Counted from the first letter of the stretch, positions 34,707-45,486 are shown. The stretch is DNA of 64,000 nt from an uncultured Bacteroidota bacterium (GCA_903837285.1 CAILUD010000101.1:9815-73814); one strand, 5' to 3'. Notes: generated by a model from the sequence alone, not told the origin. Numbers and translations are program-made.

Positions 34707-36054
34707 CTTCAACGGTTATTTCCTTTTGTTCTCCGGTTTGCATATTTTTGAGACTAAGCTTACCAGATTTTATTTCATTTTCGCCAACAATAACAACATA
34801 CGGGATTTTTTTAGCATCAGCATATCCCATTTGTTTTTTCATTTTAGCACCGGCATCGGGGAAAATTTCAGCTGAGATTCCTTTTGTATGAAGCTTACGA
34901 AGAATTTGCAGACAATACTTTTCTTCTGTTGCACCAAAATTAACAAATAGCACTTTGGTTGAAGAGTTAACCTCTTCAGGAAATTTTCCTAAACTTTCTA
35001 ATACGTCATAAATACGATCGGCACCAAATGACATACCAACACCAGAAACTCCAGGCATTCCAAATATTCCGGTTAAATTATCATATCTACCACCACCGCA
35101 AATGCTTCCCATTTCAACATTATTTGCTTTAACTTCTAGTATTGTTCCTGTATAATAACTTAAGCCACGAGCTAATGAAATATCGAATTTAATTTTTGAA
35201 GAAACCCCTGATTCCTTTGCATAATTTAAAACAATATCCATCTCTTCGATACCTTTTTTACCAATTTCATCAATTAAAATGTTACGGGTAAAACCAATCA
35301 CTTCTTCATTTGTATTTTGTTTTGAAGAAAATTCCAGAATTGGAATAAGCTTATTTATCATTTCTGAAGAAAAGCCTTTTTCGTTTAATTCTTTAAGAAC
35401 ACCCTCCTGCCCTATTTTATCGAGTTTATCAATTGCAACAGTAATATCGGTTAATTTATCGGCACAATCTAGATAAGTTGCAATTCCATGTAATATTTTT
35501 CTATTGTTAAGAATAATAGTTACGTCAAGTTTTAAGCGGATAAAAACATCTTCTATTATTTGCAAAAGTTCTAATTCATTTAGCAATGAATCGCTTCCAA
35601 CCACATCAACATCGCATTGGTAAAATTCACGATAACGACCTTTTTGCGGTCTATCGGCACGCCAAACAGGTTGTATTTGGTATCTTTTAAAAGGAAAGGT
35701 TAATTCGTTACGATGCATAACAACAAATCGCGCAAACGGAACAGTTAAATCATAGCGCAAACCTTTTTCGCAAATTAAAGAAGCTAATTTATTTAAGTTT
35801 TTTAATTTAAATTCTTCTTCGGTAACTTTTCCCAAAAAATCTCCAGAATTTAAAATCCTGAATAAAAGCTTATCTCCTTCTTCACCATATTTCCCTAACA
35901 ATGTAGACAAATCTTCCATTGCAGGTGTTTCTATTGGCTGATAACCATGCAAACAAAACACATCACGAAGTATAGAAAAAATATAATTTCGCCTTTGCAT
36001 TGTAACAGGCAAGAAATCGCGAGTACCTTTAGGTATTGAAATATTTACTGCCAT
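34675..36054 (-). CDS. hisS: Histidine--tRNA ligase
   Basis: 459 aa. [40 protein letters not shown]. Confidence 0.95.
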   Translation of the reverse strand: MAVNISIPKGTRDFLPVTMQRRNYIFSILRDVFCLHGYQPIETPAMEDLSTLLGKYGEEGDKLLFRILNSGDFLGKVTEEEFKLKNLNKLASLICEKGLRYDLTVPFARFVVMHRNELTFPFKRYQIQPVWRADRPQKGRYREFYQCDVDVVGSDSLLNELELLQIIEDVFIRLKLDVTIILNNRKILHGIATYLDCADKLTDITVAIDKLDKIGQEGVLKELNEKGFSSEMINKLIPILEFSSKQNTNEEVIGFTRNILIDEIGKKGIEEMDIVLNYAKESGVSSKIKFDISLARGLSYYTGTILEVKANNVEMGSICGGGRYDNLTGIFGMPGVSGVGMSFGADRIYDVLESLGKFPEEVNSSTKVLFVNFGATEEKYCLQILRKLHTKGISAEIFPDAGAKMKKQMGYADAKKIPYVVIVGENEIKSGKLSLKNMQTGEQKEITVEELLTSNLITQ

Positions 36055-36055
36055 A

Positions 36056-36616
36056 TTATTCTTTCATCAACTCTGCACTGGTTTTTCCACCTTTAGATTT
36101 TAAATAATCTTTAACATCAGCTACTATTGCCATTTCTATAACAGAACGCCCGTTGGAATTTACTGCATTAACTTTTGCACCATGTTCAACAAGATATTGT
36201 ACAACTTTTAAATTACCATCTTTTACAGCCCACATTAAAGGGGACATTCCCATCATATCAGCTTTATTAATGTCTGCTTTCTTCTGTATTAAATAATCGG
36301 CGATTTCGAAATTACCAGCCAGCATTGCAACAGCTAAAGGAGTTGAACCTGTATTAACTGTTTCATTAATATTTGCTCCATTTTCGACAAGAAACTTAAC
36401 AATATCATCATGTTTATACTTACAGGCATATGCTAAGGCTGTCCAGCGAGCCTGATTTTTTCCATCAACAGCTACACCTTTTTTAACATAAGACACAACT
36501 TTAGAATACTCGCCTTTCGCTGCAGCTGTAACATATTTATCAACAGTTTCATCAGCAAATGTACTAATTGCAAATACTGTGAAAAATATTCCAAAAAACA
36601 AAGTTCTTTTTAACAT
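36056..36616 (-). CDS. Exported ankyrin-repeat protein
   Basis: 186 aa with signal peptide [21 protein letters not shown], then about 4 ankyrin repeats ([78 protein letters not shown]). Confidence 0.85.
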   Translation of the reverse strand: MLKRTLFFGIFFTVFAISTFADETVDKYVTAAAKGEYSKVVSYVKKGVAVDGKNQARWTALAYACKYKHDDIVKFLVENGANINETVNTGSTPLAVAMLAGNFEIADYLIQKKADINKADMMGMSPLMWAVKDGNLKVVQYLVEHGAKVNAVNSNGRSVIEMAIVADVKDYLKSKGGKTSAELMKE

Positions 36617-36626
36617 ATTAAAATTA

Positions 36627-38306
36627 TTAATCAGCTATTAATTTTCTGTATTTTATACGTTGCGGACCAACGTCACCCAAACGTTTTTTACGATTTTCCA
36701 TATAATCGGAATAAGAACCTTCAAAATAAACAACCTGTGAATCGCCTTCAAAAGCTAAAATATGAGTAGCAACCCTATCAAGAAACCATCTATCATGCGA
36801 AATAACAACAGCACAACCTGCAAAACTTTCAAGTCCTTCTTCTAGAGCTCTAAGAGTGTTAACATCAATATCATTTGTTGGCTCATCTAATAAAAGAACA
36901 TTTGCCTCTGATTTTAAAGTTAACGATAAGTGCAATCTGTTACGTTCACCACCAGAAAGAATTCCACATTTCTTTTCCTGATCGGCACCACCAAAGTTAA
37001 ATCTTGCAACATAAGCACGAGCAACTATTTGTTTTCCTCCTAACGAAATCAACTCACTATCACCTGAAATTACCTGATAAACAGTTTTCTCGGGATCGAT
37101 ATCTGCGTGAGCCTGATCAACGTATCCGGTTCTAACAGTTTCGCCAATATTAATTGTTCCAGAATCGGCAGTTTCTTTTCCCATTATCATTCGGAAAAGC
37201 GTTGTTTTACCAGCACCATTTGGACCAATAATACCTACTATACCGGCAGGTGGAAGATTAAAACTAAGATTTTCGAAAAGCAATTTATCTCCAAAAGCTT
37301 TTGTTACTTCATTAAATTCTATAACATTTGAACCAAGACGCGGACCATTAGGAATAAAAATCTCTAAACGATCTTCTTTTTGTTTAACATCTTCGTTCAT
37401 CATTTTTTCGTAAGCAGCCAAACGCGCTTTTGGTCTTGCCTGTCGTGCTTTTTGCGACATGCGTGTCCATTCCAACTCACGTTCAAGAGTTTTCATTCGT
37501 TTTGAAGCAGTTTTTTCTTCCTGAGCCAAACGTTTTGTCTTTTGTTCTAACCATGAAGAATAATTGCCTTTCCATGGAATTCCTTCACCACGATCAAGCT
37601 CAAGTATCCAACCGGCTACGTTATCAAGAAAATATCTATCATGAGTAACGGCAATAACAGTTCCTTTATATTGTTGCAAATGAATTTCTAACCATTGCAC
37701 TGACTCAGCATCAAGGTGATTTGTTGGCTCATCGAGTAATAACACGTCAGGTTGTTTTAACAATAGTCTGCATAAAGCTACACGTCGAGCCTCACCTCCG
37801 GAAAGATTTAATGTAGGAGTACTTCCCTCTGGACAACGAAGTGCATCCATTGCACGTTCCAAAGTACTATCAAGCTCCCATCCATTATGATGTTCGATAA
37901 GTTCGGTAAGTTCGCCCTGACGAGTAATAAGTTTATTCATTTGATCGTCGCTCATTGGCTCGGCAAATTTATTATTTACTTCTTCGTATTCTTTAAGTAA
38001 ATCAACAACTTCCTGAACACCTTCTTCAACAATCTGTCGAACTGTTTTTGTTTTATCGAGCTGTGGATCTTGTTCTAAATAGCCAACAGTATATCCCGGA
38101 GAAAAAACTACCTCGCCCTGAAATGATTTTTCTAACCCTGCAATTATCTTCATTAATGAAGATTTACCAGAACCATTTAATCCGATGATTCCAATTTTTG
38201 CTCCATAATAAAATGAAAGATAAATATTTTTTAAAACCTGTTTTTGTGGAGGATAAATCTTATTCACTCCAACCATTGAAAAAATTATTTTTTTATCGTC
38301 GGCCAT
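36627..38306 (-). CDS. ettA: ABC-F ATPase, energy-dependent translational throttle protein
   Basis: 559 aa, colinear with my memory of E. coli EttA (GLNGSGKSS, LSGGERRRVALCRLLL, ITHDRYFLDNVAGWILELDRGEGIPW.GNYSSWLEQK, second cassette GPNGAGKTTLF). Confidence 0.9.
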   Translation of the reverse strand: MADDKKIIFSMVGVNKIYPPQKQVLKNIYLSFYYGAKIGIIGLNGSGKSSLMKIIAGLEKSFQGEVVFSPGYTVGYLEQDPQLDKTKTVRQIVEEGVQEVVDLLKEYEEVNNKFAEPMSDDQMNKLITRQGELTELIEHHNGWELDSTLERAMDALRCPEGSTPTLNLSGGEARRVALCRLLLKQPDVLLLDEPTNHLDAESVQWLEIHLQQYKGTVIAVTHDRYFLDNVAGWILELDRGEGIPWKGNYSSWLEQKTKRLAQEEKTASKRMKTLERELEWTRMSQKARQARPKARLAAYEKMMNEDVKQKEDRLEIFIPNGPRLGSNVIEFNEVTKAFGDKLLFENLSFNLPPAGIVGIIGPNGAGKTTLFRMIMGKETADSGTINIGETVRTGYVDQAHADIDPEKTVYQVISGDSELISLGGKQIVARAYVARFNFGGADQEKKCGILSGGERNRLHLSLTLKSEANVLLLDEPTNDIDVNTLRALEEGLESFAGCAVVISHDRWFLDRVATHILAFEGDSQVVYFEGSYSDYMENRKKRLGDVGPQRIKYRKLIAD

Positions 38307-38348
38307 ATCTTTGATTGATTATTTTATATTTATTATTTGCAATAAAAA

Positions 38349-39200
38349 CTACTTGTTATTTGTTATTTTTTTAAGTTCAGAGTCTAAAAGAGCGTCGGGG
38401 TGATTATCATCAATTTTATGATAATCGAAAAAATACAATTTAGCATCAGCAGCACCCATTAAAATAATCCAGCATCTTGCTTTTTGGTTTTTATTTCCGG
38501 GTCCAACTTTATGCAAAAATACAACATCTGGGTTATTATTGTCAATAGCCTCCTCAATTTCGTCGCGAGTAACTATTTTAAATTTATAAGGATATGTTTT
38601 TCTGAATTTATCTTCAGTATTTATCGACAGTTCCAATTCATCTTTAGATACATACAAAACTTTATTTTTTAATTCAGAAAGATTTTTTTGATAATAATCA
38701 ATAATATTTGCGCTTTTTAATTCCTGATTTTTTGAAGTAAGAAGTATATGATTCTGCAAAAAATTTAACATCGTTGCTATTTTATAGCTAAAAGTTGCCT
38801 CGTCGGCATCAGCATAAGAAAGTGGAACCGTACATAACTGAGGCATTTCGCTATCATTTTTATAATTACCACCTAAGGCAAGACATAAAAAGTTATATTT
38901 TGATGCAGCTTTATCGCCTTCGTAATAAATTTTATCTATTGTTAGGAAAGAATAAGCAGGATTTTTCTTTTTCTTTTCATAATCATCAACAGAAATAATT
39001 TCGAATTCGGTAAGCTTCCAGTTTTTTTGTACAGCGGTTTTAAGTTGAATATTTGACTCATTAAAAGGATCTTCTTCTAATACAACTAATGTTTTAGTTT
39101 TAAAAAACTGCTTTAGCTGTTCGGGTGTTCCAACAGTATTTTGTGCAAACGTGTCAGAAAATATGAAAACTAAAAATATTATTACATTAATATATTTCAT
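38349..39200 (-). CDS. Exported hypothetical protein
   Basis: The ORF track starts at 39239 and overlaps the upstream gene. Met14 (39200) gives MKYINVIIFLVFIFSDTFAQ, a signal peptide, 4 nt after the upstream stop. No recognisable motif. Confidence 0.6.
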   Translation of the reverse strand: MKYINVIIFLVFIFSDTFAQNTVGTPEQLKQFFKTKTLVVLEEDPFNESNIQLKTAVQKNWKLTEFEIISVDDYEKKKKNPAYSFLTIDKIYYEGDKAASKYNFLCLALGGNYKNDSEMPQLCTVPLSYADADEATFSYKIATMLNFLQNHILLTSKNQELKSANIIDYYQKNLSELKNKVLYVSKDELELSINTEDKFRKTYPYKFKIVTRDEIEEAIDNNNPDVVFLHKVGPGNKNQKARCWIILMGAADAKLYFFDYHKIDDNHPDALLDSELKKITNNK

Positions 39201-39204
39201 CACT

Positions 39205-39882
39205 TTATTGCTTAGGTAAATATAATGGATTTCGTTCATTATAACGACGAATATATAAAAACATCATTTGTTTCTTTTTATTCTTTTTCAAAGCATTAAA
39301 TTCGTTAAAAAGCAAACTATCTTTTGAAAGAAATGTTTGAACAATTTCAAGTTTAAACGGAAATGTTTTTCCATTTTCGAAATCGATTATATTCTGAACT
39401 ATGGTATTTGTTTCATAAGTAGGCGTCATACCCTGTCTGTTATAAGGGTCGTAACCGTTATCAACCCTTACTGTTTGAGTTGCTACGTAATGAGACAATT
39501 TTCCGATATAAGGTATTCTATAAAAATCACTAATATAATTAACATACAAAGCCCCTTTTCTGCAATAGCCCCATAATTGTTTTGTATAAACAAATTGTTG
39601 AATACCATAATCATCAAGAAAAGAAATTTTTTCGGTTTTTAATAGATTAGAAAACCAATTATCATCATTTTTATTACCTGTTGTTATTCGCTCAAAAGAA
39701 AGTGGTTTATTTAAAAGAACCTGCTCAAATGAAATAAAAATGCCATCTTTTATTTTGTATGCTGGCGTATAGCGTTCTTTTCCTATAGTATCTGTTTGGG
39801 CATTGCAAACAATAACATTAAACAAGAATATAACTTGTATTGCGATAAAAAACTTTTTAATTATCGTAAAGCTGTTTCTCAT
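39205..39882 (-). CDS. Exported hypothetical protein
   Basis: 225 aa with a signal-like N-terminus (FFIAIQVIFLFNVIVCNAQ). Starts 10 nt after the stop of the sensor phosphatase gene. No recognisable motif. Confidence 0.6.
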   Translation of the reverse strand: MRNSFTIIKKFFIAIQVIFLFNVIVCNAQTDTIGKERYTPAYKIKDGIFISFEQVLLNKPLSFERITTGNKNDDNWFSNLLKTEKISFLDDYGIQQFVYTKQLWGYCRKGALYVNYISDFYRIPYIGKLSHYVATQTVRVDNGYDPYNRQGMTPTYETNTIVQNIIDFENGKTFPFKLEIVQTFLSKDSLLFNEFNALKKNKKKQMMFLYIRRYNERNPLYLPKQ

Positions 39883-39892
39883 TACAAAATTA

Positions 39893-42800
39893 TTAGAGTT
39901 TTATTCCTATTACAAGAATATCATCAACCTGCTCTAGTTGACCTTTCCAGCTATCAAAATTCTCTTCGAGGAAAGATTTTTGTTTCATCAAAGGCAATCC
40001 ATTAATTGTCAATAAAAGGTGACGGAATCGACGGAATTTGAATTTTTTTCCTAACGGGCCACCAAACTGATCGGCATATCCATCGGAGAAAATATACAAC
40101 ATATCATTTTCGCGATATGGAATTATATGATTATCGAATTTTAAATCTTCATTTCCTTCCATTTTACCAACTGCAAAACGATTTCCTTTTACTTCAATAA
40201 TTTTATTATCGCGAGCAATATATAGTGGATTAAATGCACCTGCATACTCGAGCACTTTGTTATTACGATCGATTACAAGCAATGAAACATCCATTCCATC
40301 TTTTATAGCAGTTTCGTTGGCATGTTTACTAAATGTTTCGCTAATACCAAGACTTAAAAGATTAAGAATTTGTGCAGGATTTTCTACACCTTGTTCTTTA
40401 GTAATATTTCTTAATAAATCGAATCCGATAATACTCATAAAAGCACCTGGAACACCGTGACCAGTACAATCAACAGCAGCGATAAAAATTTTACTTTCCT
40501 TTTCGGTAACCCAATAAAAGTCGCCGCTAACAATATCCTTTGGATTATAGAAAATAAACGAATCGGGCAATAGTTTTCTAAACAAATATTCTGAAGGTAA
40601 CATTGCTTCCTGAATACGTTTAGCATAGTTTATACTATCGGTAATACTCTTATTTTTTACAGATAATTCTTCTCTTTGTTTTGCAATTTCGAGAGCAGCT
40701 AATTGTTTTACCCTAAGTGTATCGTTAGCTTTTTGAAGCTTTTTAGTTCTACTTCTAACATAAAGATAAATTAAAGTTAAGAGTAATAAAATATAAGCTA
40801 AATAGGCATAAATAGATTTAAAAATTGGAGGATTTACAATTATTCTAATAGAAATTTCTTTATCATTCCACATTAGGTCGTTATTACTTCCTTTAACTCT
40901 TAAAACATATTCATCAGGAGCTAAAGTACCAAAATCCTGAAAATTTCTATTTCCAATATTTGTCCAAGTATTATTTAGCCCCTCCATCATATACATGTAT
41001 GTATTTTTGGACGACTTTGTAAATTCTAAAGCAGCAAAATTAAAAGTAAGTGAATGGTCAGTATAATCTAACACAAGTTCAGTTTCTCTTTCGATATTAA
41101 TAACAATTTTTTTCCCATTTGAAGTTTTTTCAAATGTAGTAAACACTACCTTTGGAATAAACTGATTATCATTCATTTTCAGAGGGTTAAAACTATTAAA
41201 ACCATTAGTTCCACCAAAGAATATTTCTCCAGTTTTTGAAATAAATGAAGCACCGTTATTAAACTCTAAACCCTGCAATCCATCTGCTCTATCATATGCT
41301 CTTACTTTAAAAGTTTTACGATTAAGCATTGCAATTCCATGATTAGTACTCATCCAGATATTACCGTTTTTATCTTGTTTAAGCTCATAAACAGTCTCAT
41401 TAGGCAAACCTTCTTTATCTGTAAAATACTGAAAAGTACCAGTTCTTTTATCGTATCGGTTTAAACCACTTGCTGTACCAATCCAGATAGAACCATCAAT
41501 TGAATCTTCTAAAATATCTTCGATGTATGAATTTGAAATTTGATAATATCTATTTTTTCCAGCATATAACTTACCATCTTTTGCAGAACCAATTCTAAAA
41601 AACTTATTGGTTTTGTAATCAAATCTATTTAATCCAGCCTTTGTACCAATCCAGATAAACCCATCTTTATCACCCATCAAATAAATAATCTGATTATCGA
41701 ATAAACTTAAAGTATCTGCATAAGTACTCCAAAAGGTACTTACAGTTAAATCTTTCATGTTAAATCGGTTCAAACCATTTGTGGTACCAACCCACACATT
41801 TCCTTTATAATCTTCTAATATTGAATATATTCTAGAACCAACAAGATTAGGAAACTGTTTAAACTTAAAATACTTTTCTAAATCGGAAAACTTTTTTGTT
41901 TTTTTATCATAAACAGAAATTCCTCTTTTTGTACCGATCCAAATTAAGCCTTTACTATCAGGCATAATAACGTGCACATTATCTCCAATAATTCTTTCAC
42001 CTTGCGGAGAATTTGTAGAATAATTTTTTACAACACCTGTTTTTCTATTAATTATATCAAGACCATCATCCCATGTACCAACCCATAAATCTTCATTATC
42101 AGCTTCATAAATTGAGGCAATAATATTTGACGATAGTTTTAAAGATTTACTACCTTTTGAATCACGATATAAAAGAAATTTTTTGGGTTTTAAATCATAT
42201 TTATCAAGGCCTTGATCATCAGTACCAATCCAAAGATTATATGACTTATCTTCAAGAACATAATTTAAATATTGTGAAGACAAACTAAATTTATTATTTG
42301 GCTGATTTTCATATACTATAACTTCACCTGTTTTTGGGTTTAGTTTATTTAAACCACCACCATACGTAGCAATCCAAATAAACCCATCATGTCCATAAAA
42401 AACAGAATTTATTTTATTAGCAGAAATACCATTATTTTCGGTAAAATCATGAAAAAAGTGTTCAAACTTCTTTGTTTTTTCGTTAAACTTATTTAATCCA
42501 TAATTTGTTGATATCCAAAGATTACCATCACCATCAAATACAAGTCCGGTAATAAAATTATCACTAATAGAATTTATATCATCTGAGTTATGTGTAAACG
42601 ATTTAAACTGTTCTACTTTTCTGTTAAAGAAATGCAATCCTGTTGCTGATCCTACCCAAATACCGTCTTCATCTTCCAATAATGGAAAACCTTTATCGCT
42701 TTTATTTGAAACAAAATAGTTAATGGGATGCTCAAAGCGTGTAAATTTACCGGTAGTTGTATCGAGTTTATTCAGGGCTTTTTCGGTTTTTGCCCAAACA

Positions 42801-43255
42801 GTTCCGTATCTGTCAACTAAAACTCCGAAAACTTCATTTTCACTTAGTGAGGATGATATTTTAGGATTATGAATATACCTGATAACTTTATCAGATCTCT
42901 GATATAATTTATTTAAACCATATTGCGTTCCAATCCAGATAATTCCAGAGGTATCATCATCAACTGAATAAATCCAATTACTTGATAAAGAATTTGTATC
43001 TAAGGGGCTATGTTGGTAATGTTTAAACTTATAACCATCATATTTATTTAAACCATCTTGAGTACCAAGCCAAAGAAAACCCAACTTGCCCTGAACCATA
43101 CAATTTACCGAACTTTGCGACAAACCATCATCAACAGTAAAATGTTCGAAAAAAGCTTCGGATACTTGCGCATGACTTAAATGGCTGATTAAAACCAAGA
43201 ACAAGCCCGCAACAATATGTTTAAATGACAGTGATTTCATTAAAATACGATTCAT
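39893..43255 (-). CDS. Sensor phosphatase: periplasmic two-component-regulator propeller (Y_Y_Y type) + TM + SpoIIE/PP2C domain
   Basis: 1120 aa with signal peptide. More than 12 repeats of the W.GT..GLN+[FY] type. Y_Y_Y-like Ig region, one TM (IYAYLAYILLLLTLIYLYV), coiled coil, then INYAKRIQEAMLP, DCTGHGVPGAFMS, SDGYADQFGG. Confidence 0.85.
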   Translation of the reverse strand: MNRILMKSLSFKHIVAGLFLVLISHLSHAQVSEAFFEHFTVDDGLSQSSVNCMVQGKLGFLWLGTQDGLNKYDGYKFKHYQHSPLDTNSLSSNWIYSVDDDTSGIIWIGTQYGLNKLYQRSDKVIRYIHNPKISSSLSENEVFGVLVDRYGTVWAKTEKALNKLDTTTGKFTRFEHPINYFVSNKSDKGFPLLEDEDGIWVGSATGLHFFNRKVEQFKSFTHNSDDINSISDNFITGLVFDGDGNLWISTNYGLNKFNEKTKKFEHFFHDFTENNGISANKINSVFYGHDGFIWIATYGGGLNKLNPKTGEVIVYENQPNNKFSLSSQYLNYVLEDKSYNLWIGTDDQGLDKYDLKPKKFLLYRDSKGSKSLKLSSNIIASIYEADNEDLWVGTWDDGLDIINRKTGVVKNYSTNSPQGERIIGDNVHVIMPDSKGLIWIGTKRGISVYDKKTKKFSDLEKYFKFKQFPNLVGSRIYSILEDYKGNVWVGTTNGLNRFNMKDLTVSTFWSTYADTLSLFDNQIIYLMGDKDGFIWIGTKAGLNRFDYKTNKFFRIGSAKDGKLYAGKNRYYQISNSYIEDILEDSIDGSIWIGTASGLNRYDKRTGTFQYFTDKEGLPNETVYELKQDKNGNIWMSTNHGIAMLNRKTFKVRAYDRADGLQGLEFNNGASFISKTGEIFFGGTNGFNSFNPLKMNDNQFIPKVVFTTFEKTSNGKKIVINIERETELVLDYTDHSLTFNFAALEFTKSSKNTYMYMMEGLNNTWTNIGNRNFQDFGTLAPDEYVLRVKGSNNDLMWNDKEISIRIIVNPPIFKSIYAYLAYILLLLTLIYLYVRSRTKKLQKANDTLRVKQLAALEIAKQREELSVKNKSITDSINYAKRIQEAMLPSEYLFRKLLPDSFIFYNPKDIVSGDFYWVTEKESKIFIAAVDCTGHGVPGAFMSIIGFDLLRNITKEQGVENPAQILNLLSLGISETFSKHANETAIKDGMDVSLLVIDRNNKVLEYAGAFNPLYIARDNKIIEVKGNRFAVGKMEGNEDLKFDNHIIPYRENDMLYIFSDGYADQFGGPLGKKFKFRRFRHLLLTINGLPLMKQKSFLEENFDSWKGQLEQVDDILVIGIKL

Positions 43256-43323
43256 GCTAAATTAATATTTCTTTATAATTCAGCATACAGAATTTAGAAA
43301 TATTACAAAAATTTTATCACTAC

Positions 43324-45183
43324 TCATTTTAACTTTTCAAACCCTTCATTTGTAAGCAGATTATGAATGATTTGAGATGGAGAAATTTCGAAATCTGTAA
43401 AACCATATTTTTTCCAGTTTAAGTCTACTTTTTCAATTGTATTTTTATCTGAATACACTGGATTTGGCCATGGGTTTTTAATATGTGGTTTTGATGTACC
43501 ATCAATAATAACAATAGAGTCGGAATTAATCATAAGTTTCTTAATATCCCTTGCAGGATCGACATTAGCCAAACAATGCCATAAAATAAGGTCTTTATTA
43601 TTAATAGGCAAACCTTTATCACAAAGAATTAAGCAATATGGAATGATCTTTTCAGATGAGAAATTTTTCAAAAATAGTTCATTATTAAAACTAACAGAAT
43701 TTTCGACTTCGATTAAAATAATTTTATACTGTAACAAAAAGCTATTAACTTCAAATATTTCATTTGATTCTTTACAAAAATTCCGAATTTTATCTTGCTG
43801 TTCTATTGTCCATTTTTCACTTTTAGAAATTGATTTACTAGTATTATCAATTGCTAATTTTCCCCCGTAGGCAAATGTGTTACCAGCGTGCTCCAAAGCA
43901 TCCATCGGTCCAGATGAAAAAAACATGTTTTTAGAAAAATCAGCATTTTCTAATATTGATTTATAAACTTCGTTTTCATTTTGAGGATTTTTATCTGTAA
44001 TAATCAATACTTTATTTAGCATCATTTGTCCCATTCCCCAAAGCGAATGTGCTACTTTTTGAGCCTGCCCCGGATATTCATTTTTGATTTGAACAATAAC
44101 TAAATTATGAGCTACTCCATAATCGGGCATGCTAATATCGATTACTTCTGGCAATCCAGCTTTTTGCATTAATGGCATAAAAATTCGTTCAGAAGCTTTT
44201 ATTAGCCAAAAGTCTTCTTGCGGCGGAACACCAACAATTGTTGCTGGATAAACAGCATTTTTGCGACTTGTTATGCAGGTAACATGAAACTTAGGATAAT
44301 TATCCGGTAAAGAATAAAAACCTGTATGATCTCCAAAAGGGCCTTCGTTTACAAGTGGTTCCATTGGATCGACATAACCCTCTATAACAATATCTGCATC
44401 AGAAGGAACTTCTATCTCCTGAGTTATACACCTAACAAGTTGCACAGATTTTTTTCTTAAAAAGCCTGCAAGCATATATTCATCAATTCCATCAGGCAAT
44501 GGTGCGGATGCGCAATATGCGTATACCGGATCTCCACCGAGAACAACTGCAATAGGAATTTTCTTTTTTTGTTTTAAATATTCGGAAAAATGCCTTGCTC
44601 CTGTTTTATGTAAATGCCAATGCATGCCAGTTTCTGCAGCACCCATAACCTGCATTCTGTACATTCCGGCATTCCGAACACTCGTAACAGGATCTTTAGT
44701 ATTTACAACAGGAAGAGTAATAAATTTTCCACCATCAAAAGGCCAGCATTTTAAAACTGGAAGCATTGCTAGATCGGGGTTATTATAAATCACTTCCTGA
44801 CAAGGAGCTTTTCTTTTAGAGATTTTTGGAAAATACGAAGAAACCCTTTTTAGTAAACCTAAAGTTTTTAATTTGGATTTAAAACTATTTGCTGGAGATA
44901 ACAAATTATTAATAATAGAATTTATTTCTTCTTCGATAGAAGAAAACTTGTCGGTATTTAGGGCTAAACAAACTCTTTCTTCGCTTCCATAAGCATTTAT
45001 TAATAAAGGGAAATTTGTTCCATTATTTTCAAATAGCAATGCTTTATTCTGCAATTTGCTTTTCGAAATTCTATCAGTAATTTCGGCTATTTCTAGCTCA
45101 GTATTTACATATTCTTTAATTCGTATTAGCTGATTTTTTGACTCAAGAGCCAAAACAAATTCATTTAAACCGTTATATGCCAT
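43324..45183 (-). CDS. UbiD-family (menaquinone/ubiquinone-type) prenyl-FMN-dependent decarboxylase
   Basis: 619 aa. NAGMYRMQV, HWHLHKTGARH, EGPFGDHTGFYS, typical UbiD family pattern and length. Confidence 0.85.
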   Translation of the reverse strand: MAYNGLNEFVLALESKNQLIRIKEYVNTELEIAEITDRISKSKLQNKALLFENNGTNFPLLINAYGSEERVCLALNTDKFSSIEEEINSIINNLLSPANSFKSKLKTLGLLKRVSSYFPKISKRKAPCQEVIYNNPDLAMLPVLKCWPFDGGKFITLPVVNTKDPVTSVRNAGMYRMQVMGAAETGMHWHLHKTGARHFSEYLKQKKKIPIAVVLGGDPVYAYCASAPLPDGIDEYMLAGFLRKKSVQLVRCITQEIEVPSDADIVIEGYVDPMEPLVNEGPFGDHTGFYSLPDNYPKFHVTCITSRKNAVYPATIVGVPPQEDFWLIKASERIFMPLMQKAGLPEVIDISMPDYGVAHNLVIVQIKNEYPGQAQKVAHSLWGMGQMMLNKVLIITDKNPQNENEVYKSILENADFSKNMFFSSGPMDALEHAGNTFAYGGKLAIDNTSKSISKSEKWTIEQQDKIRNFCKESNEIFEVNSFLLQYKIILIEVENSVSFNNELFLKNFSSEKIIPYCLILCDKGLPINNKDLILWHCLANVDPARDIKKLMINSDSIVIIDGTSKPHIKNPWPNPVYSDKNTIEKVDLNWKKYGFTDFEISPSQIIHNLLTNEGFEKLK

Positions 45184-45228
45184 TTAAAAATCTGGATTTA
45201 ACAAAGTGAAATAAATTAGTGGTGACAT

Positions 45229-45324
45229 CTAAATTCCTTGCTGGTATATTAAATCAACTTCAATTGAAGGATTGCCTCTTGAGTCGAGTATTTGGCATGC
45301 AAGAATTTTAGATATATAAACCAT
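45229..45324 (-). pseudogene. eno: Enolase N-terminal relic (31 codons then TAG)
   Basis: Hand translation of the minus strand gives MVYISKILACQILDSRGNPSIEVDLIYQQGI*. ILDSRGNP[ST][IV]EVD is the near-invariant enolase N-terminal signature. Only 45 nt remain before the UbiD-family start codon. Confidence 0.7.
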
Positions 45325-45450
45325 AAAGTTTTTTATAAAGGTAAAAAATCTTTAAAAAAATCAGACACGAATTACACTAAAAATTAAGATTTCAACTCCA
45401 TGTAAAAAAATGACAAGTTAAATACTCACATTTGCTTCAGCTTTTTTACA

Positions 45451-45486
45451 AAATAAAAAAGGGACATCGCTTTGCGTTGTCCCTTT
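45451..45486 (-). terminator. Rho-independent terminator of the alpha operon (after rplQ)
   Basis: Minus strand: AAAGGGACA-11 nt-TGTCCCTTT followed by a T-rich run. 23 nt downstream of the rplQ stop. Confidence 0.75.
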
